Positions 42,741-54,119 of a stretch of DNA of 64,000 nucleotides are shown here, in pieces. Below the pieces are notes generated by a model. It was not told the DNA's origin, did no database searches, and was given only the letters and a program-made list of their open reading frames with translations. Each line of letters starts with the position of its first letter. Position 1 is the stretch's first letter. The DNA lies in assembly GCA_964016885.1 (NCBI GenBank), contig OZ024743.1, forward strand, positions 342,612,001 to 342,676,000. Reading direction: 5' to 3'. The translations under genes and the position numbers were made by a program. The stretch comes from Eledone cirrhosa. Taxonomy: Eukaryota.

Positions 42741-43297
42741 CTACCTGGAGTTGCGACCGATAGATAGTATTAGCAATTCGAAAGACCAACGGAAACATTG
42801 TTCCCTCGGTCCGATTTGACGAAAGTCGATCGTTCCTACTATATATATATATATATATCCAAAATTAATTTAATTAAATTAATTTTGGATATATACACGG
42901 CTCCTTAATTGTAGAGCTAACTCAATTGAAAGGACTCGGATTCACGCCACTGGGATGACGCTAGCATGTTGTTAGTAGTTTTAGAATTGCAACACGTGCG
43001 ATGGGTCACTCGCAGATTTGCATTTGATGTGTAAACACAGATAGTTAAATCTTCTCCCTTGCTGAAGATCCAAGATTTGACTACTGTGACTTTACGGAAT
43101 AATGGTGAAATATATTTCTTTAATGAAATATATACAAGGAAGATTAATCATTTTTTAAAAGGTAATATTTGAAGCTCTAGTTAAACTTTAATTAGTTACC
43201 TACATAGCTATGTTTGATTACACACTTTACAAATTATCCCCTGTGATTGTTTCATGTGTTTATTTTAAATATATATATATGTCAATCAATTTCTAGT

Positions 43298-43334
<37 letters not shown>

Positions 43335-43349
43335 AATAACAGGAGGCTG

Positions 43350-44905
43350 AACTGGTGTAATTCCTTAAAAGGCTATGATAATTTCAATGACCGTTTTCAG
43401 TATGAATCCGGTGACATCATCAGGTATTCGAAAGATATAGGAATATAATAGACAAAATCCATGGGGCAGAAAATCAGAGACAAGAGGGCGACCGAACATT
43501 TACCCCGGTCGGCCGCCCTCAAGTGGTGATTATTAAACCTACTTATGTCCATCTGGTGAAGGGGCGTAGGCTTATAGTGTACTACTACCACCCCGTCAAA
43601 GACAGAGGGCATCGTTGAGGTCAGGTCACAATCAAGCTGATCATGCGTGCTAGAAAGTGCCGCGAAAAATATCAAAGAACATATATCTTTAACAAATCTA
43701 TATAGAGTAATATATAGTGGGCGACTGCATGGTATAATGTATGGACAGAAATTACGATTAACAATTAGAAACGTTAGATTTATATTTAGAGTTAGAAGAT
43801 ACCATTTAAGATGAAATTAGAAAAATAAGGTTTACGTTTGAAGTTATGAGATTTAGTTAAAGAATTTACAGAAGGAGGCTTTTATGAAAAAGTTTAAGTG
43901 TATTATAGATAGTCACGATAAAGTTTCAGGGTAGAATATAGAGTAAAGATTAGGCCCATGCTTAGCGGTCAATAACCAATGACGTGGCGGACCCCCGGTC
44001 AGTCCGGGGCCCAACGGCGTGTCAGCCGTTCCGAATATTATCGTCTAGCGAAAGAAATGGAAATTTATTTTTCCGAGCACTCCAGGAATGTTAACTGTCT
44101 TAAGCGTCGGGTGTGTTAGCGGGAAGTCCGCCACCGTTGGCTGGCCATCGTATATACCAAACGATTACTAGTTATTCACACTGGTGGGGGATTTAGTTAA
44201 GTACTAGTAGAAGGAGGCAAGATAAAGTTACAAGTTATGATTAAGCCTAGAATTTAAAGGTACTGTTTGACGGTCAATAACCGGTGTAGCGGCAGGTTCC
44301 AAGTCCGACAGGGCCCCAGGGCGAAGCAGCCGTTCCGAGTATTATCGTTTACCGAAAGAAGGGGAAATTTATTTTTCCAAGCACTCATGGAATGCTGATC
44401 GACCCAAGCGCCTGGCGTGCAGTCGGGAAAGCCGATACATCCGTCGGATCATCGCGTGGACCAAACGATTATTAGCTATTCACACCCGTGATGTGAAGTT
44501 GAAAGTGGTAAAATCTGATGAAATGTGAAAATGGACTATATTTAGTCCCCAGTTAGTCCAGGTTATATGTAGTGTGATTCCTGGTGGGTAGAGGGAGTGA
44601 ATAAAGATAAACAGATATAAGGGTACAGAGAGTAATATTCTAGAGTCGTTTGCGGATGTGGCAGCTTTCCCGACTGTACGCCAGGCGCTCGGGTCGATCA
44701 GCCTTCCTTGAGTGTTTGGAAAAATAAATTTCCCCTTCTTTCGGTAAACGAAAATACTCGGAACGGCTGCTTTGCCCTGGGGCCCTGTCGGACTTGGAAC
44801 CCGCCACAACACCGGTTATTGACCGCCAAACAGTACCTTTAAATTCTAGGCTTAATCATAACTTTTAATTTATCTTGCCTCCTTCTTCTAGCACTTAACT
44901 AAATA
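43350..44905 (-). mobile_element. Probable PLE 5' region with diverged tandem and inverted duplications
   Basis: Minus LRAADRGKCSV resembles the PLE ADKG..V motif. 43965-44180 and 44270-44485 are diverged direct repeats. 44194-44447 is inverted at 44660-44904. Confidence 0.5.
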
Positions 44906-45026
<121 letters not shown>

Positions 45027-45145
45027 GTTATATAGTAAGGTGTATTATTGGTTGTGTAAAACGGTCCAATAAATTTTTGTAACCAATATTAAGTTCTCCA
45101 CGCTTTTGTATATCTCTAATTCCATTCAAGGGAACAGCTAGTATC

Positions 45146-46138
45146 AAAATGAAAATCCGAAGGCAAGGTAAAATTTCCAATCATTTTAATCACGGCACAT
45201 GTCTCAATAAGAGATAGATCGATCGTGAAGCCATGATCGATTATCACTGATCTCGTCAGGTGAAAATGAATTGTCTTCAAATTCTTGATATGAGGGTGGA
45301 AAATTAGCAATGTTCACTCACAGAGTTTATTCCCTCATATGAAGATCAAGCAGTCAAAATACCGTGACTCTATCATCTTCAGTTAGGTCATAAAACTATC
45401 AAGTTTCTATATCCCAATAGCTGTAAAAGACGCTGGACATCAATCAAATTTGTAGAATTATAGATTGAATTGTAACATCCGTATCTCCAAATAGTGTATG
45501 TTATGGTATATACACATCCGTATCGTCCAAAAAAGTGTATGTCTAAGTATATACATATCCATGTGAGGAGCAAGCAATCAGCTCATATCGAACTCAGTAT
45601 GTTGGTATATTCTTATATTTATTATTTTTTCTTTGACATTGCTCGGTGTGTGTGAGAGTGTGTGTGTGTGTGTGTACCCACTCACACTAATTGTGACCGT
45701 CTATAGTTCTACAGATCTGATGCTGTGTTGGTATGTGTATATATATTTTTTCTTTGACCTCGAGTCGGTGTGTGTGGGTGTTGAGTGTGTGTTTACCCAC
45801 TCACATTAACTGTGATCGACTGTATTTCTACTGATTTGATTGATGTCCAGCGTCTTTTGCAGCTATTGGGATATAGAAACTTGATAGTTTTATGACCTTA
45901 ACTGAAGATGATAGCAGTCGCCGTATTTTGACTGCTTGATCTTCATATGAGGGAATAAACTCTGTGAGTGAACATTGCTAATTTTCCCCCTCATATCAAG
46001 AATTTGATGACAAATCATTTTCATCTGACGAGATCAGTAATAATCGATCATGGCTTCACGATCGATCTATCTCTTATTGAAACATGTGCCGTGATTAAAA
46101 TGATTGGAAATGTTACCTTGCCTTCGGATTTTCATTTT
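45146..46138. repeat. Foldback element with ~300-bp inverted arms and an internal ~120-bp direct repeat
   Basis: 45146-45450 is the reverse complement of about 45833-46138. 45598-45715 resembles 45725-45835. Confidence 0.9.
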
Positions 46139-46302
46139 ATATATATAATGAGAGGTACGCTCATATATGTACATACATACACATGTATATATATTTTTTC
46201 ACACGTATGTTACATTGTGTGTTGTCGATATTAACCAGTGTTGCTCTATGATTAGGAGAAACAAGATAATCGAAATAATTAAATTGACTCGATATCAGAG
46301 CT

Positions 46303-46778
46303 ATGTAACATGTTATAAAGTAAGAAGAAATAGTAGACACAGATATATACCTATTTTTTCTTCAATGTCCCGACTGTACAGTTTCGCTGGTCACTATGCA
46401 AAAATCTTACATCATAGAGATGCAACATTGTTGTGAGGTAAGCCAACTTTTCAAGGGAGCACCTCAGGGAAAGAGCGCTTCTAGACACGTCCGTAGCATG
46501 CGAGAAAATCTCAAAAAGGCGGAGGGAGAACTATCACGTGATACACCGGTAAAGAAAGGGGACTAAATCTCTTGTAGCAGTGAAACATTGACGTGTCTAG
46601 AAGCGCTCTTTCCCTGAGGTGCTCCCTTGAAAAGTTGACTTACCTCACAACAATGTTGCATCTCTATGATGTAAGATTTTAGCACACTGACCAGCGAAAC
46701 TCTACAGTCAGGACATTGAAGGAAAAATAGGTATATATCTGTGTCTACTATTTCTTCTTACTTTATAATATGTTATAT
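46303..46778. repeat. Foldback element with ~190-bp inverted arms, each carrying a variant HHR
   Basis: 46303-46491 is the reverse complement of 46590-46778. Confidence 0.9.
46368..46458 (-). ncRNA. Hammerhead ribozyme with U3-A8 core variant and long stem II insert (family E)
   Basis: Minus: TCCC-TTGAAAA-GTTGG[~50 nt]CCAGC-GAAA-CTGTACAG-TC-GGGA. A mutated mirror copy lies at 46623-46713. Confidence 0.6.
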
Positions 46779-47070
46779 ATATATAGAGAGAGAGAGAGAT
46801 AAATGGAAAAAATGAAACGAAATTTCATTTCTCACTCTTAGTACGGCTGTTACTTAAATATAAGTATGTATACGTACATACATATATGAATACAGACGTA
46901 CAGTAGTATGTATATATATACATACATGCACACATATATATATGTACGTATGGGTTCACCAAACATTTATTATAATGCTCGGTTTGTTTGTAAACAAACA
47001 AAAAGCCTGAATTAAGCCGTACGGTGTTTAGCAACCATCGTTGCCCTTTTGTTCAACACTGACAAAGGAA

Positions 47071-47111
47071 CGATGTACTAGTTTCAACCTTATTAGCTAT
47101 CGTCAGCATCG
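47071..47111 (-). ncRNA. Minimal hammerhead ribozyme (family B) at the PLE stop codon
   Basis: CGATG-CTGACGA-TAGCTAATAAGGTT-GAAA-CTAG-TA-CATCG. Perfect stem I, one mismatch in stem II. Confidence 0.8.
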
Positions 47112-48551
47112 TATACCTTCCTGACAGATATATATTGAATTCAACCGATGTTTACAAGAACTAAATAGGTTATTCCTTAAATTAACAGAATTCTTACTTT
47201 TTAATATAAAGAATATTTCCTCTATACAAAGAGCACAATTTTCAGATGAAGCATTGAATGAAGGAGCTTTAGAGATAATATTCCAAAGTAAAGAATAGTT
47301 AATGTTCTTTGATTTTAGGTCCCATAGTAAATTAGATAGAGAAGTTGAAGATTTTTTATTAATATTCGTAAAAGAGCATTTATGGTTATTAAAACGGGAC
47401 TTAAAATCTGTGGAGGTAGAGCCTACATAATTAAATGAATTTAAATTAGTTTTTACATTACAATTATATACTATATTTTTAACTAAACAATTATTATTTA
47501 GCGGAGAGTTAGATTTATTTCTACAGTTACATTTATCTAAATTTAAGTTACTAGGAGCCGTATTATTAAATTGGATAGTGCTGGGGTTATTAATGGTATT
47601 CTGGTTAGATTTTAAGTTTCTATTATTAATTCTATTAATATTCTGCGCTAAATTACTAGTGGTGGAATACGATAATTTTATAGTATGTCTATTAAATATT
47701 GAGTAATACCTATGTGTTCTAGGAAAGCATTTATCTAGAGCTTTAAAGAATAATTTAGCAATAGCAGTTGTAATACTTAATGAGAAAGGAGGAGCGAACC
47801 ATAATATATTCCTAGTTCTATTTCTTTTTTTGTTTGTCGAATTATTATAGTTGTTAAAATTATGGTTAGTTGGCATATCATTATTATCAATGTATTTAAT
47901 TTTATTACTATATCCAGCTCTACCTAACGCTTCATTATAATATTGCGCTTTATCTTCAAAAATATTCTTATTAGTTGAAATTCTAGAAATACGTTGCTGC
48001 ACAAAGTTTACTATAGTGTTTTTAACGGATCTGGGGTGATTGGAATTAAAGTTAACGTAGTTTAAGTTCTCATTTATTTTGTGAAATGGATAATAAAGAC
48101 CTGTGTTAAGGTTTAAAGTTACATCTAGAAAGTTAACTATTTTATAATTATTCTCTACTTCTACTTTAAGATTAAGGCAATTAAAAATTTGTATAATTTC
48201 TTTTCTTTTCCTATTTATTTCACAGTTATTATTATTTTCTATAAGTAATAGCATATCGTCACGATATAAACCACCGGTCATCTCCGGTATTTTCCTATGT
48301 AGAGTATTATTAATAAAAAGCTCCACAAGATCCGTTATTTGTGCGGAATCGGATGACCCAATAGTGATATCGAAATTACTATCTCTGTCTGCTCTAGTCC
48401 AGAGGTTGTTGTTAAATTTAATTAATGCTTTCCGTGCAGTTAAGATAATGTGCATTTCATTACTAGTTAAGTCTGTATGTTTAAATGCATATGTTAGGGC
48501 TTTGTTAAATAGATTAGGAGTGATGGATGAGTAATAATTAGCAATATCCAA
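47103..48551 (-). CDS. PLE reverse transcriptase / GIY-YIG endonuclease, C-terminal part (482 aa open)
   Basis: RT YRDD motif and GIY-YIG motifs. The stop codon overlaps the HHR core. Confidence 0.85.
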   Translation of the reverse strand: MDIANYYSSITPNLFNKALTYAFKHTDLTSNEMHIILTARKALIKFNNNLWTRADRDSNFDITIGSSDSAQITDLVELFINNTLHRKIPEMTGGLYRDDMLLLIENNNNCEINRKRKEIIQIFNCLNLKVEVENNYKIVNFLDVTLNLNTGLYYPFHKINENLNYVNFNSNHPRSVKNTIVNFVQQRISRISTNKNIFEDKAQYYNEALGRAGYSNKIKYIDNNDMPTNHNFNNYNNSTNKKRNRTRNILWFAPPFSLSITTAIAKLFFKALDKCFPRTHRYYSIFNRHTIKLSYSTTSNLAQNINRINNRNLKSNQNTINNPSTIQFNNTAPSNLNLDKCNCRNKSNSPLNNNCLVKNIVYNCNVKTNLNSFNYVGSTSTDFKSRFNNHKCSFTNINKKSSTSLSNLLWDLKSKNINYSLLWNIISKAPSFNASSENCALCIEEIFFILKSKNSVNLRNNLFSSCKHRLNSIYICQEGIRC

Positions 48552-48609
48552 TTGAATAAATTTATTATTATAGTTATATTTAATGTCTTTAAACCAGTCG
48601 ATAACTTCG

Positions 48610-49323
48610 TTAGTCCCTTTCCATAATTTTAAAAAAAGATAATTCCTTAATTTGTAGTATGATTCTGTCTAAAATATTCTTGCTAAGTATGCCAAGGTCC
48701 GATTTAGATGGTGCAATCAATCTAACTGGTAATTCAATTTCAAAATGTATTTTATGGACCTTCATATTAATTTTTGGTTTCCTAGGCATGAAGGGTTGTT
48801 TCCTATTTTCGATGCCTAATTCCTGCATTATGTAAGAAGCTTCCGTATTCAGGTTTTCAAGGTCATCCATCACTGGTTGTTTTTTTTTTTTGTATTTCTT
48901 CCTTAATTCCTTCCATATAAGATCGTTAAAAATATCCTTTTGCATTCCATAGAGATTATTAGTTTTATCTGTCTTGACTAGAATTTTTTCCGTTTTTTCA
49001 AAGCTTTCTATATTATTTTTGAGATTTCTTAGGTAATGCTGGCCTACAAAGTTGTTTTTTTTAAATTTAATGCTTTGAATGATAGAGATGATCTCATTTT
49101 CAAAATCCATTAGTAGTTTGTTGGAAGGTGGATTCTTTTTAGATTTGAAGATTCTATCGAGATTGGAAATATTCTCTTTCGCATCGGCTTTATCGAAGTG
49201 AAAAGCTCGCCACCTGAGTCTTCTTATAAATGAGTTTGATTTTTCTATTAGTTGTTTTATAAAGTCTTTATTCCTAGGTAAAGGTATGTCCTTTAGAGAA
49301 GAAGAGATCTTAAAGAATTCCAT
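48610..49323 (-). CDS. PLE polyprotein N-terminal part (frameshifted from 47103-48551)
   Basis: SLKDIPLP..FIRRLRWRAFHF..KTDKTNNLY..PVRLIAPSKSDLGILSKNILD is typical of Neptune-type PLE N-termini. Confidence 0.8.
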   Translation of the reverse strand: MEFFKISSSLKDIPLPRNKDFIKQLIEKSNSFIRRLRWRAFHFDKADAKENISNLDRIFKSKKNPPSNKLLMDFENEIISIIQSIKFKKNNFVGQHYLRNLKNNIESFEKTEKILVKTDKTNNLYGMQKDIFNDLIWKELRKKYKKKKQPVMDDLENLNTEASYIMQELGIENRKQPFMPRKPKINMKVHKIHFEIELPVRLIAPSKSDLGILSKNILDRIILQIKELSFFKIMERD

Positions 49324-49324
49324 T

Positions 49325-49510
49325 ATTACAGTATCGGTAGAGGTTCGGACGCCATGCTTTGAGGCATAGAGTTACGGCCCTTGCCATTCTGAGTTCAAAT
49401 CCCGCCGAGGTTAACTTTGCCTTTCATCCTTACGTGGTCGATAAAATAAAGTACCAGTAATACACTGGGTAATTGCTGGCCTTGTGCCAAAAGTAGAAAC
49501 AATTATTATT
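49325..49510 (+). mobile_element. SINE family S1 copy immediately 5' of the PLE start codon
   Basis: S1 body with B box GAGTTCAAATCC. ATTATTA on both sides is a possible TSD. Confidence 0.85.
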
Positions 49511-49681
49511 CAGTTATAATTTAAAGCGCTCAACAGTAAAGGAGCAAAATATATGTAGAGGTTATATTTAATTTGTTGGGATACAACAAGCAAAATATTT
49601 TTATAACTGATATAAAGCACTCAACAAATTATTGGAGTAAATATACAATATATTAACAGATTAACAAATGGAAACTATATT

Positions 49682-51121
<1,440 letters not shown>

Positions 51122-51553
51122 GACACATGGAATATAGCCTAAGAGAAACATAACAATAATGATATGATAAGCACCCAATATTTTGAACTGGTTTTTAGAA
51201 TTCTCTTGGCCTTTGTCACTCTAAGTAGAGCTTTAGAGAATTAGCTTTTAAAGAATTTCCCTTTTCTTTAAATCCATCAACCATAACCGACCCCCAACAT
51301 CTTATAGACACCTGAAATATAGGCATTGTTAGCTTCAGAGAAACTGAAAAATAAGGAGTGGCACCCCATTCTGAACTTGTGTATAGAATTCTTTCTCCCT
51401 TTGTCACTCTAAATATAAATTATAGCCTTAAAGAATTAGCTTAAAATGTATTCCCTTTTCATTCAACCAATGACCTCCACCCATCCCACCCCCCACCCCC
51501 CTCTCCTACCACCTGAAAAGATATAAATACCACAACATTTATTTTGGAAAGCC

Positions 51554-51620
51554 AGATTCCTGATTATTTCTAAAGAATGAAACAGTTCTAGTCTTGTAGA
51601 ATCTCATCTATATTAAAACT
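51554..51620 (+). mobile_element. PLE family A pLTR fragment with mutated HHR core (CTGATTA)
   Basis: Same sequence as 9411-9478 but G8 is replaced by T. Confidence 0.7.
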
Positions 51621-51681
51621 ATATATATATATATATATTATTATACTTTGGGAGGGTCATGTTGCCAATAATTCAGAAACG

Positions 51682-51812
<131 letters not shown>

Positions 51813-52155
51813 TTACACCAAACATCACGAGCGCTCTATCTCAAAATTATTTTTCAAAAGCATTAGAAATGCACAACCGGTAAAATCTTAAAACTAAAAC
51901 TGAATTTTAGCCTGTTACTGGAGTTTAGAACCATCTAAGAAATGGAAAAAGATGAGTATTGACGTACATGGCAGTGGAACCCACAAATTTGGTTATCCAG
52001 ACTACTGTGCTGCCATTACATCACCTATCTCTTTCCATTCAAATTAGAAGCTACATTCTTAACAAGTATAATGACTAGTAAGTATGTTTTAGTAAAAAAA
52101 TACAGCGAAAGATTCTATTTCTAATTTCAAAATCCCTCGCTGTTTCGAAACATAT

Positions 52156-52222
<67 letters not shown>

Positions 52223-52307
52223 GCGTGTATAGAGTCTGCGATGCTGAGACCGAGGAGACCACTAACCACGTAAGTACTCGATACATGGGAAGATGTAAAG
52301 TAGGTAT

Positions 52308-52437
52308 AGAGATGTGTAAAATCCCGACCGCGGGGCCAAGCGGTTTCGGCTTGTGTGTTAAGCGCTCTTGATAAGGCTTACTCAACATATAAGCCGAAAC
52401 CATTTGGCGCCACGATCCGGATTTTACACATCCCTCT
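52308..52437. repeat. Hairpin repeat related to 10269-10324, with an HHR-like TTGATAA..GGCTTA/TAAGCC-GAAA core
   Basis: Arms GATGTGTAAAATCC.. / ..GGATTTTACACATC. Shares AGTACTCGATAC upstream with the 26900 element. Confidence 0.65.
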
Positions 52438-53797
52438 CTTTCTCTCTCTCTCTATATATATATATATATTGCTGTATGTGTGTAAAGTATCCGTGCGTGG
52501 GATATCCCTGAGTAAATTTGCTTGACTGTTAATTGTTTATTGATTGTTTGTTAATTAGGCAGGAATATATTATTATGTCTTTGTTAATCCTATATTAATA
52601 ATTTTTTGATAATACATTATTAGATTACTGAAGCTACTTTATAGCTTCTTAAAAATACATTTTATAATTATTGTCTTTTTGCTTATATATTTTCTTACTT
52701 ATCATTTTCTTTAATCTTGCCCAACTTGATAAGCTCTTTGAATTGCTCCTTAATTAGATTACTTAAATTACTTAAATTACTTTATCTATTATACCTAAGT
52801 CGTTGCATCTGTTGAAGCAGCCCTTTGAAAATTCCTTCGATCTCCCAAATCCCGTAATTTTTAATTTTTAATTTGTAATTTTTCTCAATTCAGTATATAT
52901 ATTTTTAAAGGTTCTCTAAAATTTTAATTCTTTGAAGGGTCTTTCGGAAGAGGTTTTTATTAAAAATATTAAAGGGGCCTTTTCTGAGGGATTTTTTGAA
53001 GGCTTTTTGAATTAACCATTAATTGATTAATTTCTTTCAACTATTTATTTCTTAATTTTTAAAATTAAATTTAATGTTCAACCCCTTAATCGTTAATTTT
53101 TAATCTTGGATATATAAGATTGCTTAATCTTAAATTCATTAAAAAAATTTAATTTCTGGGTTTGGAACTCTTAAAATTCAAATCCTAACTTAAATCTTAA
53201 TCTTTATATTATGGACTCCCTAAATCATTAACTTTATTAACCTCTTAAATCTTATTGAAAGTTCTTTTCCCTAATTTTTAATTTTTAATTTTTAATTTTT
53301 GATTTTTGAGTTTAGAACTTTCGTAGGGATTATTAAATCTTCGTAAATTTTCTAAAAATGTTTAAAGGGATCTCTTAGAAAAAAAATTTTTTTTTTTTTC
53401 TTTTGAAGGAATTTTTTAGGAAACTTTTTATTTTTATTTTTTTTTTTTTTTTATTCTCTTAATCTCTTCTGGTTTGTTAGGTTTATTGGGGCTTATAAGC
53501 TTTATGCGCCTATTGAGGGATTTTTTAAGGTGCTTTTACGAGATCCCAACTTTTAATGCGTAACTTATAAATTCTTTAATTTTTAACCTTCAATCCCTAA
53601 CTCTTAGGCCCTTTTCAAATTCTCTTAACTCCCTATAACCCATCCCTTTTACAACTCCTACAACTAATATAAAAGAGCCCCCTTAGAATATAGACCCCAA
53701 ATACACAAGCTGAGCTGTTGATGTATACCACGATTTCAAACTGCTAATCTTGAGTGAAACGTTGATGTAAATAATGAACTTACAATCACCTGTTATA

Positions 53798-53844
53798 TGC
53801 CTTGAAAAGTCCCACCATATGGTCGGACGAAATGGCTGTCGGCA
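53798..53844 (+). ncRNA. Minimal hammerhead ribozyme with U3-A8 core variant (family F)
   Basis: TGCC-TTGAAAA-GTCCcACCatatGGTcGGAC-GAAA-TGGCTG-TC-GGCA: perfect stem I, well-formed stem II, GUC triplet. Confidence 0.75.
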
Positions 53845-53997
53845 ATAAACTTGTTATAATGTCATAATAGTTTCTTTGTTCTTTTTCATTAATATTTATG
53901 CTCTGCTTATACGCATAGAGCTGAACTAGCTACCGTTGCATATTTGGTAGGTCAGGCGTGATCATCGCGATTCACGTACGACCTACCATACATCTTG

Positions 53998-54040
<43 letters not shown>

Positions 54041-54042
<2 letters not shown>

Positions 54043-54119
54043 TTACGGGGTCGATAAAATAAAGTACCAGTAATACACTGGGATAATTGCTGGCCTTGTG
54101 CTAAAAGTAGAAACAATTA
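54041..54119 (+). mobile_element. SINE S1 3' fragment, target of the Helitron insertion
   Basis: TTACGGGGTCGATAAAATAAAGTACCAGT..AGTAGAAACAATTA directly precedes the Helitron TC. Confidence 0.8.

Larger units (their letters stand above)
46798..49323 (-). mobile_element. Near-complete Penelope-like element (Neptune-type): RT, Cys-rich linker, GIY-YIG endonuclease and 3' pLTR
   Basis: Two ORF parts joined by an apparent frameshift near 48600. Motifs: SLKDIPLP, KTDKTNNLY, DI.NYYSSI, GSSDSAQITDL, GLYRDD, FLDVTLNL, SNHP, CNCRNKSNSPL, IVY..YVGST..FKSRFNNH, CALCIEE, CKH. Confidence 0.93.

Noticed and set aside
42853-42895. Perfect AT-rich palindrome
   Set aside because: Short and low-complexity, adjacent to (TA)n. 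No function can be supported.
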